Part shown: positions 53,598-64,000 of the stretch, one piece after another
How positions within the stretch are numbered: the stretch's first letter is position 1
Layout of the letters: each line of letters starts with the position of its first letter
Assembly (NCBI RefSeq): GCF_041956535.1
Contig: NW_027192199.1
Location: 458,213 to 522,212, forward strand
Source of the DNA: Calcarisporiella thermophila CBS 279.70
Lineage: Eukaryota > Fungi > Calcarisporiellomycota
DNA: 64,000 nucleotides
Direction of reading: 5' to 3'
Notes under the pieces: generated by a model
What the model was told of the DNA's origin: nothing
What the model saw: only the letters and a program-made list of their open reading frames with translations
Databases searched by the model: none
Position numbers and translations under genes: made by a program

Positions 53598-54934
53598 AAT
53601 AAATAGCACCGTTTAATCGGTACAAAAAGTGCAATAGATATTACGAGAAAGAAAACAGCAAAGTTGATTGAAATTTATCACCAGTAGAGAAACTACTTGA
53701 AAACATTTTATACATTTTGTTTTCATATAGGCCAATTCCGTTGCTTCCTACTTTTCTGGAACGGTTATAGCCAAAAATGAAATTCTCCTACTCCATTTCA
53801 TAATTTCATATCATCTTGCGATTTACAACTCCGCAGATTTTTGAATTGGTGGCAAATCCAAGAAGGTAAATTTTTAAAATGAGCAACATAGCTAGTTATA
53901 TTCGTGATTATATGACTCAATAATTGGTAAAATATTCAAGTACAATATAATATCTCCTCCATAATTATAAACCTATAACGAACAAAAATTAGTGATAATA
54001 TTTTCATTTCAGCAATAACTTCCAGCTGTTGACAGAGGAGTAAGATGGGAGGAGGAGTTGCAACCTTTTCAATGTAAGAATAGATATGTTTAGAATGACT
54101 AGTAATTACGTCAACACTAAAAAGAATACATAGCTGAAGAAATGACTATTCCAATGTGACGTTTTCTTGGCAATTTAAATGATGCATTTGAATTTGTCTT
54201 GTTTTAGCTTTTATTTTATTAGATTTATCATTTCGCAGCACTGCTTATATATGAATGCTGCATCTAAAATTACATGGTAAAAGATCTGCTCGATAGACAT
54301 ATATTGATATACTAATCTTAATATACGTGATGTTTAAAGGTATATTTAAAATAGATATTAGTTCAAGCTGTTTTGAGATAAATTTCTGGTGGTATTTTCC
54401 GATAGGTATATAGCTTGAGTGACTTGGCAGAAGGTAAGGGATAAACAATATACACCAACACAAAGAGAGTAGTATTCTAGCAAAACTCATAAGATTACCG
54501 ATGCACCTTGTCTAGTGGTACTTTTTTATCGAAAATTGAATTCTCGCCATATTTTTATAAAGCTGCAAATATCCAAAATAAAAATGCAAATGGATTGCTT
54601 TCTCTATATAAGATTAGTAAGGCTAAAGACGTATTTATCGAATTTGCGTTACGGTACTTCGCTATTGCCATTGAGCATAGAATACTCAGCGGTGAAATGT
54701 ATTATTCGTAACTAAATTTTATTTAGATACGGGGCAATTATTGTTGCTATATAAGGAATAACTAGGTTGGCAACATCAGTTATCGAAGTCACGAGATCAG
54801 ACAATGGAGCTCCCTATCATTCGATTTTACTATCACTCCATATTTAAATTCTATCGAACTTGGAGCCTGAGTAATTATTTTATAAATCATTTCAACATAT
54901 TCCAATCTTTCCTCATTGCTTTATTTGTACAATA

Positions 54935-55465
54935 ATGTCCACGGCTCATAAATCGTTTCTTCATTTGAGACCTTTCTCACGCCAATTTACTTTTGGGGCG
55001 CGTATAAGCTTTCGTCTTCAGAGTGATCACCCTTCAACAACTACTCAAGAAATCAGAATTGAGAGTGATCAGGAATTCTATCGCATTAAACGCACTTTAG
55101 ACGAAGTCAAAATTAAACTTGGTGTCCCAAATACCTATGAGACTGTAATTCGCGGAGACGTACTCGAAAATTCATCTAACCGTGATATATCTCCTTCTGA
55201 TATTAACATAACAGAACTACGTAAAATTCATGCGCTTCTCACGAACACTGCGCAAGAAATTGCTTGGTTATTAGCTGATGTAAGAAGTGCGAAAATTAAT
55301 AGCAATGGTATTAGGCGTTTGTCAGTGAATCCCTCTACAGACACAATTTGGACCGAACCTATTCGTTGGGTCGTTTCTGGCGATTCTGAGGGAATGATAG
55401 ACATTAACAGAGAAATCAAAAACGCTCCAGATTCCATGGACAAGGCTAAGAAGTTGTATGAATGA
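54935..55465 (+). CDS. Hypothetical 176-aa protein, intronless, possible mitochondrial presequence
   Basis: Clean ORF with an Arg/Ser/Phe-rich N-terminus lacking acidic residues. No family recognised. Confidence 0.55.
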   Translation: MSTAHKSFLHLRPFSRQFTFGARISFRLQSDHPSTTTQEIRIESDQEFYRIKRTLDEVKIKLGVPNTYETVIRGDVLENSSNRDISPSDINITELRKIHALLTNTAQEIAWLLADVRSAKINSNGIRRLSVNPSTDTIWTEPIRWVVSGDSEGMIDINREIKNAPDSMDKAKKLYE

Positions 55466-55829
55466 TCAATACTCGCAGAACTTTTTAGTTAATATATATA
55501 TTTTTCATTAATGACTTTGCTTTTGTCTTTCGTTCAATGTCTTGATTTCTTTTGATCTCACTTGTGTAATAACACTAATTTATATTATGCTGCTTTTATG
55601 ATATTAAAGAGGAGATTACTAACTCAGCTAGTGAGGTATTGAAGGACTCTTATTCACCCACCATAAGAACTACCTATTCTTTGCTTGTACCAGAGAGTCT
55701 ATGAGAGGTATAAATATAATAAATTCTGATCGAAAGATTTAGCTATTAATTAAACAAGGTATTACAGAATTTCTCTCTGGGCGAAAAAGTCGAAATAAAT
55801 CAACGTAAGCATATTAAAAAAAACATCAC

Positions 55830-57393
55830 TCATAACTTTGAGTTAATTATCTCACTCCCTGCTATTGCATTCTCGGCAAGCATTCTTTGCAATTGCTTTG
55901 GAGAATAACCTATTTCGCGTAGGATTTCCATAGTATGCTGTCCTACTTCTAAAAACACAGAAGTATCCTCAATTTGGGGTTCAATAGCTGGGGATCTCGA
56001 AAGTTTCGGAGCTGGAGATGGATAATTACAGGCTGTAAAGTCAACTACTGGAGTGACGCATGCATCTGTTCCATTGAAAACCTTTAGCCAATGTTCAAGA
56101 GGTTGGGAAGCAAAAGTATCGGCAAATAGTCTTTGTAGTTCTGGCCAAGTGGATGGATCGTTCTGTGTGCTGAGATTGACAAGAGAAGATAAACCCATTC
56201 CTTTTATCAGCTCAGAATAAAACTGTGGCTCCAACGCACCGCTATTAGTATGAAGAGTTTGAAAATTGAAATAATATATTATAGCATTAATTCAATGCAT
56301 ATACTCACACCGATAGAAACTTTTCGTCGGATGTTTTGTAAACTATTGAGTAATAATGTGGAGATATTGCAAAGCTGTCTTAATGTGATAAGTCGGTGAC
56401 TTTACCTTCATAAAACGGTGCCCCTCCGTCTAATAAATTTGCACCACGCTCTTCTTGGAACTCAAACCCAAATTTCTTTAGGTTATAAAGAAAAGTACCG
56501 AGATAGGCGACTCCATTTGTCTATATGGAGAATATGTCATGAGAATATATCAATTTTTCATTATCTATATCGCTGAATCTCACCATGCTATTATCAATGA
56601 CCTGTCCAAGCCCAGATTGTTGTCGCTCGTAAAGTGCCATTAAAATGCCACAAACACACAAGAGCCCGCCTCCAGCAAAATCAGCTGTTTATAAATAAAG
56701 ATTAAACTATAAATCATATCAGACTATTATCCTATTTGTAAAACGATAGTTACCAAGCAGATTAATGGGGAAGTATGGTCTCTCACCCCTCCTACCCATC
56801 ATTGACAGTACACCTGACATACTTATATAGTTTATATCATGACCTGCAGCCTGGGATAATGAACCTTAGTTTGGCAAAATAAGTATTATGCTTTTGCTCC
56901 TTTCTTCTTCATAACCGAGGAGTTGCAAAAAATACCCTCTTGTCCATATCCAGTTAGACGCGCATATATGAGCCGAGGATTAATAGCACATAAGGCATCT
57001 GGTCCCAAATTGAGCTTTTCCATTATACCTGGCCGAAATGGATCAAGTAAAATGTCTACTCTCTTTGCGAGTTGCTTCACTACTTCAACGCCCGCAGGTT
57101 GCTTAAGGTTTACAGCAATTGACTTTTTGTTCCTATTTTATCAAATGTATCAAATCTGATATAAATTTTTCACCAGAAAGACAATGTATACCTGCAAAGA
57201 GTATCAACATTTGTAGTTCCTACACGGTCCACTCGAATAACATCAGCTCCAAAATCCGAGAGAATCATTCCTAGCCAAAAGACAGGTATAGATTTTTCAT
57301 AACGTCAAAGAATGAACATTTATTACCTGCAAAAGGTACGGGAGCTAGACCAGCTAGCTCCAAAACTCGAATTCCTTTGAGGGGTGGGGCCAT
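55830..57393 (-). CDS. AMACR: Alpha-methylacyl-CoA racemase (CoA-transferase family III); ends in SKL (PTS1)
   Basis: [92 protein letters not shown]-terminal SKL. Confidence 0.93.
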
Positions 57394-57539
57394 AATTTAT
57401 AAAATAATAAATTGGTTAATAGATCTAGTAAAAGTGGAGAGAACTGAAAACGCAAGAAATTTAATTAAAATCGTGCATGTGAATATTCATCATTCATAAG
57501 CCACTGTGGCTCGGCAGAAAATTCTCAACGCCCTTTTAA

Positions 57540-58357
57540 ATGAACCTTTTAGCCATCGTTCAAATGCAATTCCTTAACACTAAAATGTTTTCAAAATGTT
57601 GCATATGCTTCCCTCTTCGTGTTGGAACATTTCTTATTAGCTTCCTCTACCTCTGCGTGGGAGTGGCTGGTATTACCTTATTGATGTTGTATCGTTCTGT
57701 GGTTGATTCCTGGTTTACTACTTTCTACAATGCCTATTGGGCATGGTACTTGATGATTTCCGTCGCTGCTGTCCTTGGACTTGCCGGACTTTTGGGAATA
57801 TTGGGAACACTTGCGGTACTGACGCTCAAATTCATATACATATATTTGGAGAATTTAACTAGACATTTATTAACTACCATAGAGAGCATCTTTTCTGGTT
57901 ACAATATTTTCAATTGTTGCGTGGATTGCATCTTTATTATGGCTCGGCGGACTTCTTACTATTATCGTTATTCTTGTTATCAATCGTGACATGATAATGC
58001 AAGGATGTATTGCATTTAATGCCTACAACAACCAGAACCAGAAAGGTTTTAACGCTAACACCGGTATACCTCCTGCCGGTTCAGCGGAGTATAACCAACT
58101 GCAAGAGGGGTGTACAACTGGATTCCGAATTATTTTAATTGTCTTAGGGGTAGCATTAGGAGTAGGATTTTTGCTCATGGTAATTATCTCTATGCTTTGC
58201 ATATATATCTGAATAGCACTGTAATGTGCTTTGTATATTTTAGATGTATTTTGCTGCTGCCACATCTTCTTACGCAGGTAATCTGAGACGACGCGCCAAC
58301 TACAACCGACAAAATCAATGGGAAAATAAATACGAAATGGGGGATTATCGCATTTGA
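57540..58357 (+). CDS. Four-TM membrane protein (CCxCxPLR N-terminus; tetraspanin/LAPTM-like topology)
   Basis: KCCICFPLRVG, four hydrophobic helices, two Cys in the large loop, two introns. Start may be 57585. Confidence 0.7.
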
Positions 58358-58764
58358 ACTAGTTAAATTTTTACTCCTGTTGTATTCTTTATCTATATCC
58401 TCTCATTTTATTCTTAAATTTCAGCCAACTTCTAGCAGTATATATGTTTATATGTATCAATGTTATATGTCAATGATCTATTTTTCATTATTTAAAATTC
58501 TTACTGAAGTTCATTTCTTTCTGATTTTCTGAAATTTCTATAACTCGCTCTGCAAAAGGAATGGCCGAAAAAAAATCTGAAAAATATTGAACGTGCGGGG
58601 TGTTTATCTTCTTTCTACTCTAATCCCTTATGAATACCCCCTCTTGCTGTCTTTCTTTTATTCTTTTAATATTCGTGTTAAAACTAAACGCACACTCTTT
58701 TCACGAATTTCATGTTTGTATCTGTTTTTTTTTGAAGGTGTAGCAGAAATCAAAGCAATCGAAA

Positions 58765-61006
58765 ATGGCTTCAATTGATCATCCCTCTCGTTCTCAAAGT
58801 CCAACGGTATTTGCCAGAATCCGTGCACACATTTTTGATCTGTATTATAATCATTATCAATATTCTTTTAGCTCAACGAAAAAGGAGCTAGCTTCAAGAG
58901 AATACTAAGCTTTGGTAGGAGGTCAGCTGATAGCGCTAGCGTGTCTTCATCAACTTCCAGCACTTCATCGCGTCATACATCTTGTCCTCCAGGTTCACCA
59001 TCGGATCCTCGTCGATCAATGGAAGAAAGGATGAAAAAGCTCTTAGAACGGGCAAATCATTCTAATACTAAACGGGCTTCAAGAATCAACAATAAGCGTT
59101 TCAGTGCAAATAGTAATCTGATGAATCTGTCGATACCCCAATTGGAGAAAGTTAGTAGTCGTGCAAAATAATATACCTAAATGACCACTCAACATGTTTT
59201 TTTAGGATAACCGACCAGTTTATTCTGAAGAAGAAAATCGTCATCAAGTGCAACTTGCAGAGAGCTTGACTCGTATGAAACAGTTGGAATCACAAGTGGA
59301 GCGCCTTACCCTTCAAAATGTTAGATTACAACGCGCCAATCGTTTACTAAAAGTTGAACAAGAAAATAACACAAATTCTGCTAAAGCTGAGGCAGAGGAA
59401 CGCTGTCAAGTCCTTAAACTCCAAAATGTTCGGCTACAGCGGGCTAATCGTCTGCTGAAGCAAGAGCTTGATGAGAACATTCTAGAAATCCGACGCCTTC
59501 GCAGTGAAGCCCCTCTTAAAGAAATGGGTCCACAGTATGAATTTCTGGTTCAGCAAGTTGCGTTTTTACATCGGCAGGTAATCAAACCCAAATTTAACTA
59601 CTTTTGACGAGAACTTCAGTATTAATGAAACTTTTAATAGCTGGCAGGCAATCCTGCTTGTTCGACAACATGTTGTTTTACTGAAGAATCAATAAAACTA
59701 GGTACGGCTTCATCAGTAACATCCGGGACTAACGATGTTTCCCGACATGTTTGTCGACCAGTAATTCATTCTACGAACAAATCTGACAACAATCGATGGC
59801 TAGAAATAGAACAAAGAAAGATTGAGGTTACTATCTAGTTTAATATGTTTGCGTCATTTTATAATATATAGATACATTTATTTATTTCTATATAGTTGGA
59901 GAGCGCCTTGACTGAATTGGAAGCTTCCCTCAGTGAGGTACGGAAGCAGCGTGATGACGCCGAAATACTTTACAAAGAAACTTTAGCGTCAAAAGAGGAG
60001 TTAGGAAAACAATATACCGAGCTTAAGACAAGATATGATTCCCTTCAGGTTATTTTCGTTTTTTTCCTCGATAATCACAACAATATCTTTACCATATTTA
60101 TTATCTTAGAACGAAGAGCCTAAAATAACTGAGCCTCAAATATCCAATAATGATACATCTACAGTTACCTCATCAAATGCTCCCATGGATCTGCAGTTAA
60201 ATGAAGGATCCGTAAAGGTTGCCTCCCCTGTATCTGCTAGAAATTATCTAATAGACGAGCTAGATTTAGAGCAGGCATTTACGATGCTTTGGAGGGTACT
60301 AAGCACAAAACTGTCCAATCGTAAAAATTGGCAACAGCTCCAATCAACCCTTTTAAAATTTTCTGAGCGTCTTATTTCACTTATATACATGTTTAGTCGC
60401 CTATTTTACCAAGAGATTTGTCAAGTTATCCTAGCGTCTAATGAGCGAAGTCCAAGTATAGGTGAACAGGTTATTGGTGACAGTACAGTTGATAATTATC
60501 CGTGTATGCCTGGGTCACTTTCTGCATCATCTTCGCTATATTGCAGCAGTCAATTCATGCACCAAAATATAGTAGCATCAATATCCACTTGTCAGATATC
60601 ACAATATGAGGTTAACTTTCCCAATTGGCCAATGCTTGCACCGATTACCTATTTATTTCTCGCGGTAACAGAATTTTTCGGAATAACTGAAGACTGGACG
60701 GCTCCTCTCGTTCTGGCTGCCTGGGCCGGATATTATTTAGTTCTAGAAAATCAACTTCAGGCTCCGCCAACTTCTCCATTACCTAGTTCTCCTCTGTCTC
60801 CTCGCATACCGAGCATAGCGAATAATATATTCTTAGGTCCAAATCTTGGTGTATCATCAACGGTAATGCTGCAATCTTCGGGTGGAGTGGCTCGAAAAGT
60901 ATATGCATTTGATGGCGGCACAGCTGCTAATACCACTCGTCGCACTACTTATACCACAAGAGAAATCCGTGATTCAGGGATAGTGATGGATCTCAAGGAA
61001 TTGTAA
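58765..61006 (+). CDS. Hypothetical coiled-coil protein with duplicated LQNVRLQRANRLLK motif and C-terminal hydrophobic segment
   Basis: Six exons splice in frame from ATG 58765 to stop 61006. Confidence 0.7.
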
Positions 61007-61919
61007 TTTTCATTCCATCTTTTATAACCAGTTTCGTTCCCTATATATCCCTTGCTCCATATCCTCTAACTCTGTTTTTTTTTCATGTGGTGTAAATAAC
61101 TCAATTTTAGTTATTCAGTTTTCTTTTCTTTTAATTCTTTCCTCTGAATTGCATCATATAAAACAATGATAATTGTTCATATATTCTTGCTTGATGCACC
61201 TTTTTATCTGTTTATTCCATTTGATTCTTCACTAATTAAATAATAAATCTATTAAAGGAGTAGTAATAATTGTAGTAATTACGAGTTAAACAAATTTCTA
61301 TTAACACTATTGACATCTTTCTGATCACATAAATGTATTACGAAACTACTAGTAAATATCATTGATAGCCAGGAAAAACCCCGCGAACTCTAAGGATTTT
61401 TTTTTATTATTTAATATTAATTATTTATGAACCCTTTATTGAAATAAGTCTGATGTAGTTAAATGATAGGATAGCCTACTCCGCCAATATCATCCAGGTT
61501 TATTACGGATTTTTTTTACGAAACTTTATTATATATAATTGCTCCCAATATTAACGAGTTAATGTCAAAGAGCTCAACATAACGCGAAATCGGACCGTTT
61601 TTTGTGGTTTTTGCGAAAGACTATACTTTTTTATATAAAGTTTGGTCTTATTAATAAGTATAATAATCATAATTATAAAATATAAAAATATCCTCACCTA
61701 GGTAAAAATAGGAGATTGGTGAAGAACAATAAGTAAATATGGATGGGTTTATTTAAGTAAAAAAAATCGAAAGCGAAGTACGGGTGTAGCATTGGGTGCA
61801 AGTGCAATATTCGCGAGTATCATGACGAATATAGCGCAATATTACAACACGTACAACAATGGTTTCTACATGCTTAATATCTTCTCGCTTTCGTTATTTT
61901 TCTTATTTTTACGTAAAAC

Positions 61920-63815
61920 TTTTTTTGTATCCTTTTTCGTTAGTAGAGGAAATTGATAGATATAAGATATCAGAAAACAAGCAATACATGTAAGAAATGT
62001 AGAGAGGGTGCCTAATTTTCTTATTTTTCAAGGAGAGTGGTATACGAGAGAGGGAAGGGAAAAAAATAGGAAATTAGAATATGGATGGTAGAGTATTCGG
62101 AATAGTTGTATTGGAGCTAACTGTTTGGATGAAGGATATTTCGTCTCCTTGGACTTGTATCCAGCTCCTCTTTCACCAAAGCTCTTGGAGATCTTCTTTC
62201 TTATCCTTTATGGACGCTGACCACCATTTGGACCTCACAATTTTTTGTATTTCGTGTCCTAGTTGTTCAGCGAGCGTTATTTCGCTTGGTTGTGGGTTAT
62301 CCATTATTATCGATAATCTTGATCGATAGATGATCCAGATTGCTGCATCATGGACCGTTGACACTACTTCCCGTTGGTAGCCCATGGTATTGTAGTCTGC
62401 TCCAAATAGACTGTCTTCCTTGGTCGATTCGTGGGCTCTTACTCCAAGAATGCGGCAGACGTAACCGTCTACCGTTTGCCATAGCCGATTTATGCCTGGG
62501 CATTCCAGGTAAGCATGAATAATGGTTTCCACTGCGTTGGTTGTGCACCGCTTGTAAATATTAGGTTCTTCTGTCCACTTATTAGTGATGATATCTGTCA
62601 CCAATCTGTGTTTCAAGAGCCTCCATCTTAGCGCCCTACGCTTGGATTCACTCGGCCGCTTTTTCCAGCACATCCAAGCTATCTCCCATCTGATGGAATC
62701 GCTTGAGGTCTCTTTCCATTCTGGAGTGATATTCTCTCCTTTGCTTGTCTTATAGAACCTTCCGATTTTTGTACGGAAGTTTTTGATCTTTTTGCCAGTT
62801 AACACACATTTACCAAGCGGGAATGTGGATGGTCCTTCGATCAGTGGTATGCACTGTAGCAGGGCATCAGCCAGTTGTGGATTCAGTTGGATCTCTCGTT
62901 TCCTCCAGTGCTACTGAAGAATTATGTAGCTGTCTCTAAATCGGCTGAAATATTGGCTGGAATTTCTTGCTACATTCTCATGGACTTCTGGTTCTACCAT
63001 CGGTTTGTACAAGTTAGTCCTTCGGTTGAATTTAAAGAAGTCACCTAGTTTGACCAGTCCCACACTTTCGCCTTTCGATTTTAATGGACATCCGCCCATT
63101 GTGAAGTAAGAGCTGTTGTTTATGGGGAGAGAGAGCGTTGCTTCGATGTAGAATTTCTGGGTGAGATCCAATTTGCCGCTCAGACTTCTCCATACTCTCA
63201 GTAGGTGAGGCCAGATTCCATCTGTTCGGATGAGTTTGTGTTGTGTGTACTGCGTTGCCAGGATACCCATTCCCATTCCAGCTGGAGCGTAGAATCTTTC
63301 GAATATGTGTATAGTGAGTTGTATCCAAATTGGGCGGAGCCCAGTAGACATTGCTTCCGCCATTCTTTAAACCACGTGGCCAGTATCGCGTCAGTTTGAT
63401 ATTTCCGGTTAATGAGTCCCAGGCCTTGCCCTGGTGGTTGTTGGAGGATATCCATCGATATCTGTGGGCGCCTTCCCCTCCAGATAAAGTTTCTTATAAT
63501 ATTGTCCACGCTCTTTATGAATTTTGGCGGAGGAGGTGTAAGTTGAGATATATACCATAGTTTAGAGAGCAAGCTAGAGTTTACAAGGTGGACCTTTCCT
63601 ATCAGTGATACTGATCTCGTTTTCCCTGATTCGATGGACTTATGTAGCTTGGCTCTCAATTCTTCGAAATAGCTTTCCCTCAGGAAGATGCTCTTTGTGT
63701 TAAAGGGTATTCCCAAAAGTGTGAAAGATCCCTCTTCCTGTGTATATCGGCAGGGAGGTACTTCGCTCTCGATTTTTTTTCTCCCTTGGGATGTATTTTT
63801 TTTTTTTACATCCAC
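61920..63815 (-). mobile_element. Degenerate, apparently 5'-truncated L1/Tx1-like non-LTR retrotransposon (ORF2 C-terminal half)
   Basis: LLGIPF, SLIGKVHLVNSSLLSKLWY, IRNFIWRG..P...GLGLI, zf-RVT-like KRC...ETIIHAYLECP...W, AAIWIIYRSR. Frameshifts and stops present. T8 run at about 61920 is the putative tail. 5' boundary uncertain. Confidence 0.9.
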
Positions 63816-64000
63816 TTGATGATTTTTATCTGAAGGGAATGGAAGGGTAGACTTCTACGTCAAAATCACTCAGGTACTGCCCCTGGCCTCCCATTTTGTA
63901 GTTGGATTTCTCCTAAGGATTTTTGCTACCTAATTTTGTAGTCGCTTGATATTACCTGCTTGTTGCTATACTATTGATAGTGATTGAGACCTGAGCAAAA

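Noticed and set aside
61755-61915. Imperfect inverted repeat (AATCGAAAGCGAAG ... CTTCTCGCTTTCGTT) as a MITE or ncRNA hairpin
   Set aside because: Short, imperfect and in low-complexity AT-rich context, with no TSD.

Overview
Gene-dense, intron-rich (about 45-100 nt GT-AG introns) eukaryotic DNA. The gene content (Slo-family channel, CCDC6, ZZZ3, THOC5, cyclin L, centrin, ILV6/LEU2, bestrophin) points to an early-diverging fungus of Mucoromycota/Zoopagomycota type (inference). It holds about 27 protein-coding genes, two tRNA-Ser genes that differ only at the wobble base (CGA vs AGA), a decayed CCCH-zinc-finger locus, a 925-N assembly gap and two to three non-LTR (L1/Tx1-like) retrotransposon fragments. 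Highlights: (1) a single ~1106-aa ORF fuses 3-isopropylmalate dehydrogenase to a compact, non-canonical LeuC2/HacA-type aconitase (large + small domains), head-to-head with ILV6 and next to a PDK-family kinase. (2) A 5'-truncated LINE with a perfect 18-bp target-site duplication sits about 70-90 bp upstream of a tRNA gene with its 5' end facing it, suggesting tRNA-targeted retrotransposition. (3) Seven divergent gene pairs have 140-175 bp ATG-to-ATG spacers, several carrying a HomolD-like CAGTCACA box. (4) A Slo2/KCNT-like K+ channel lacks the Ca2+ bowl. Gene models were spliced by eye and no database searches were run.
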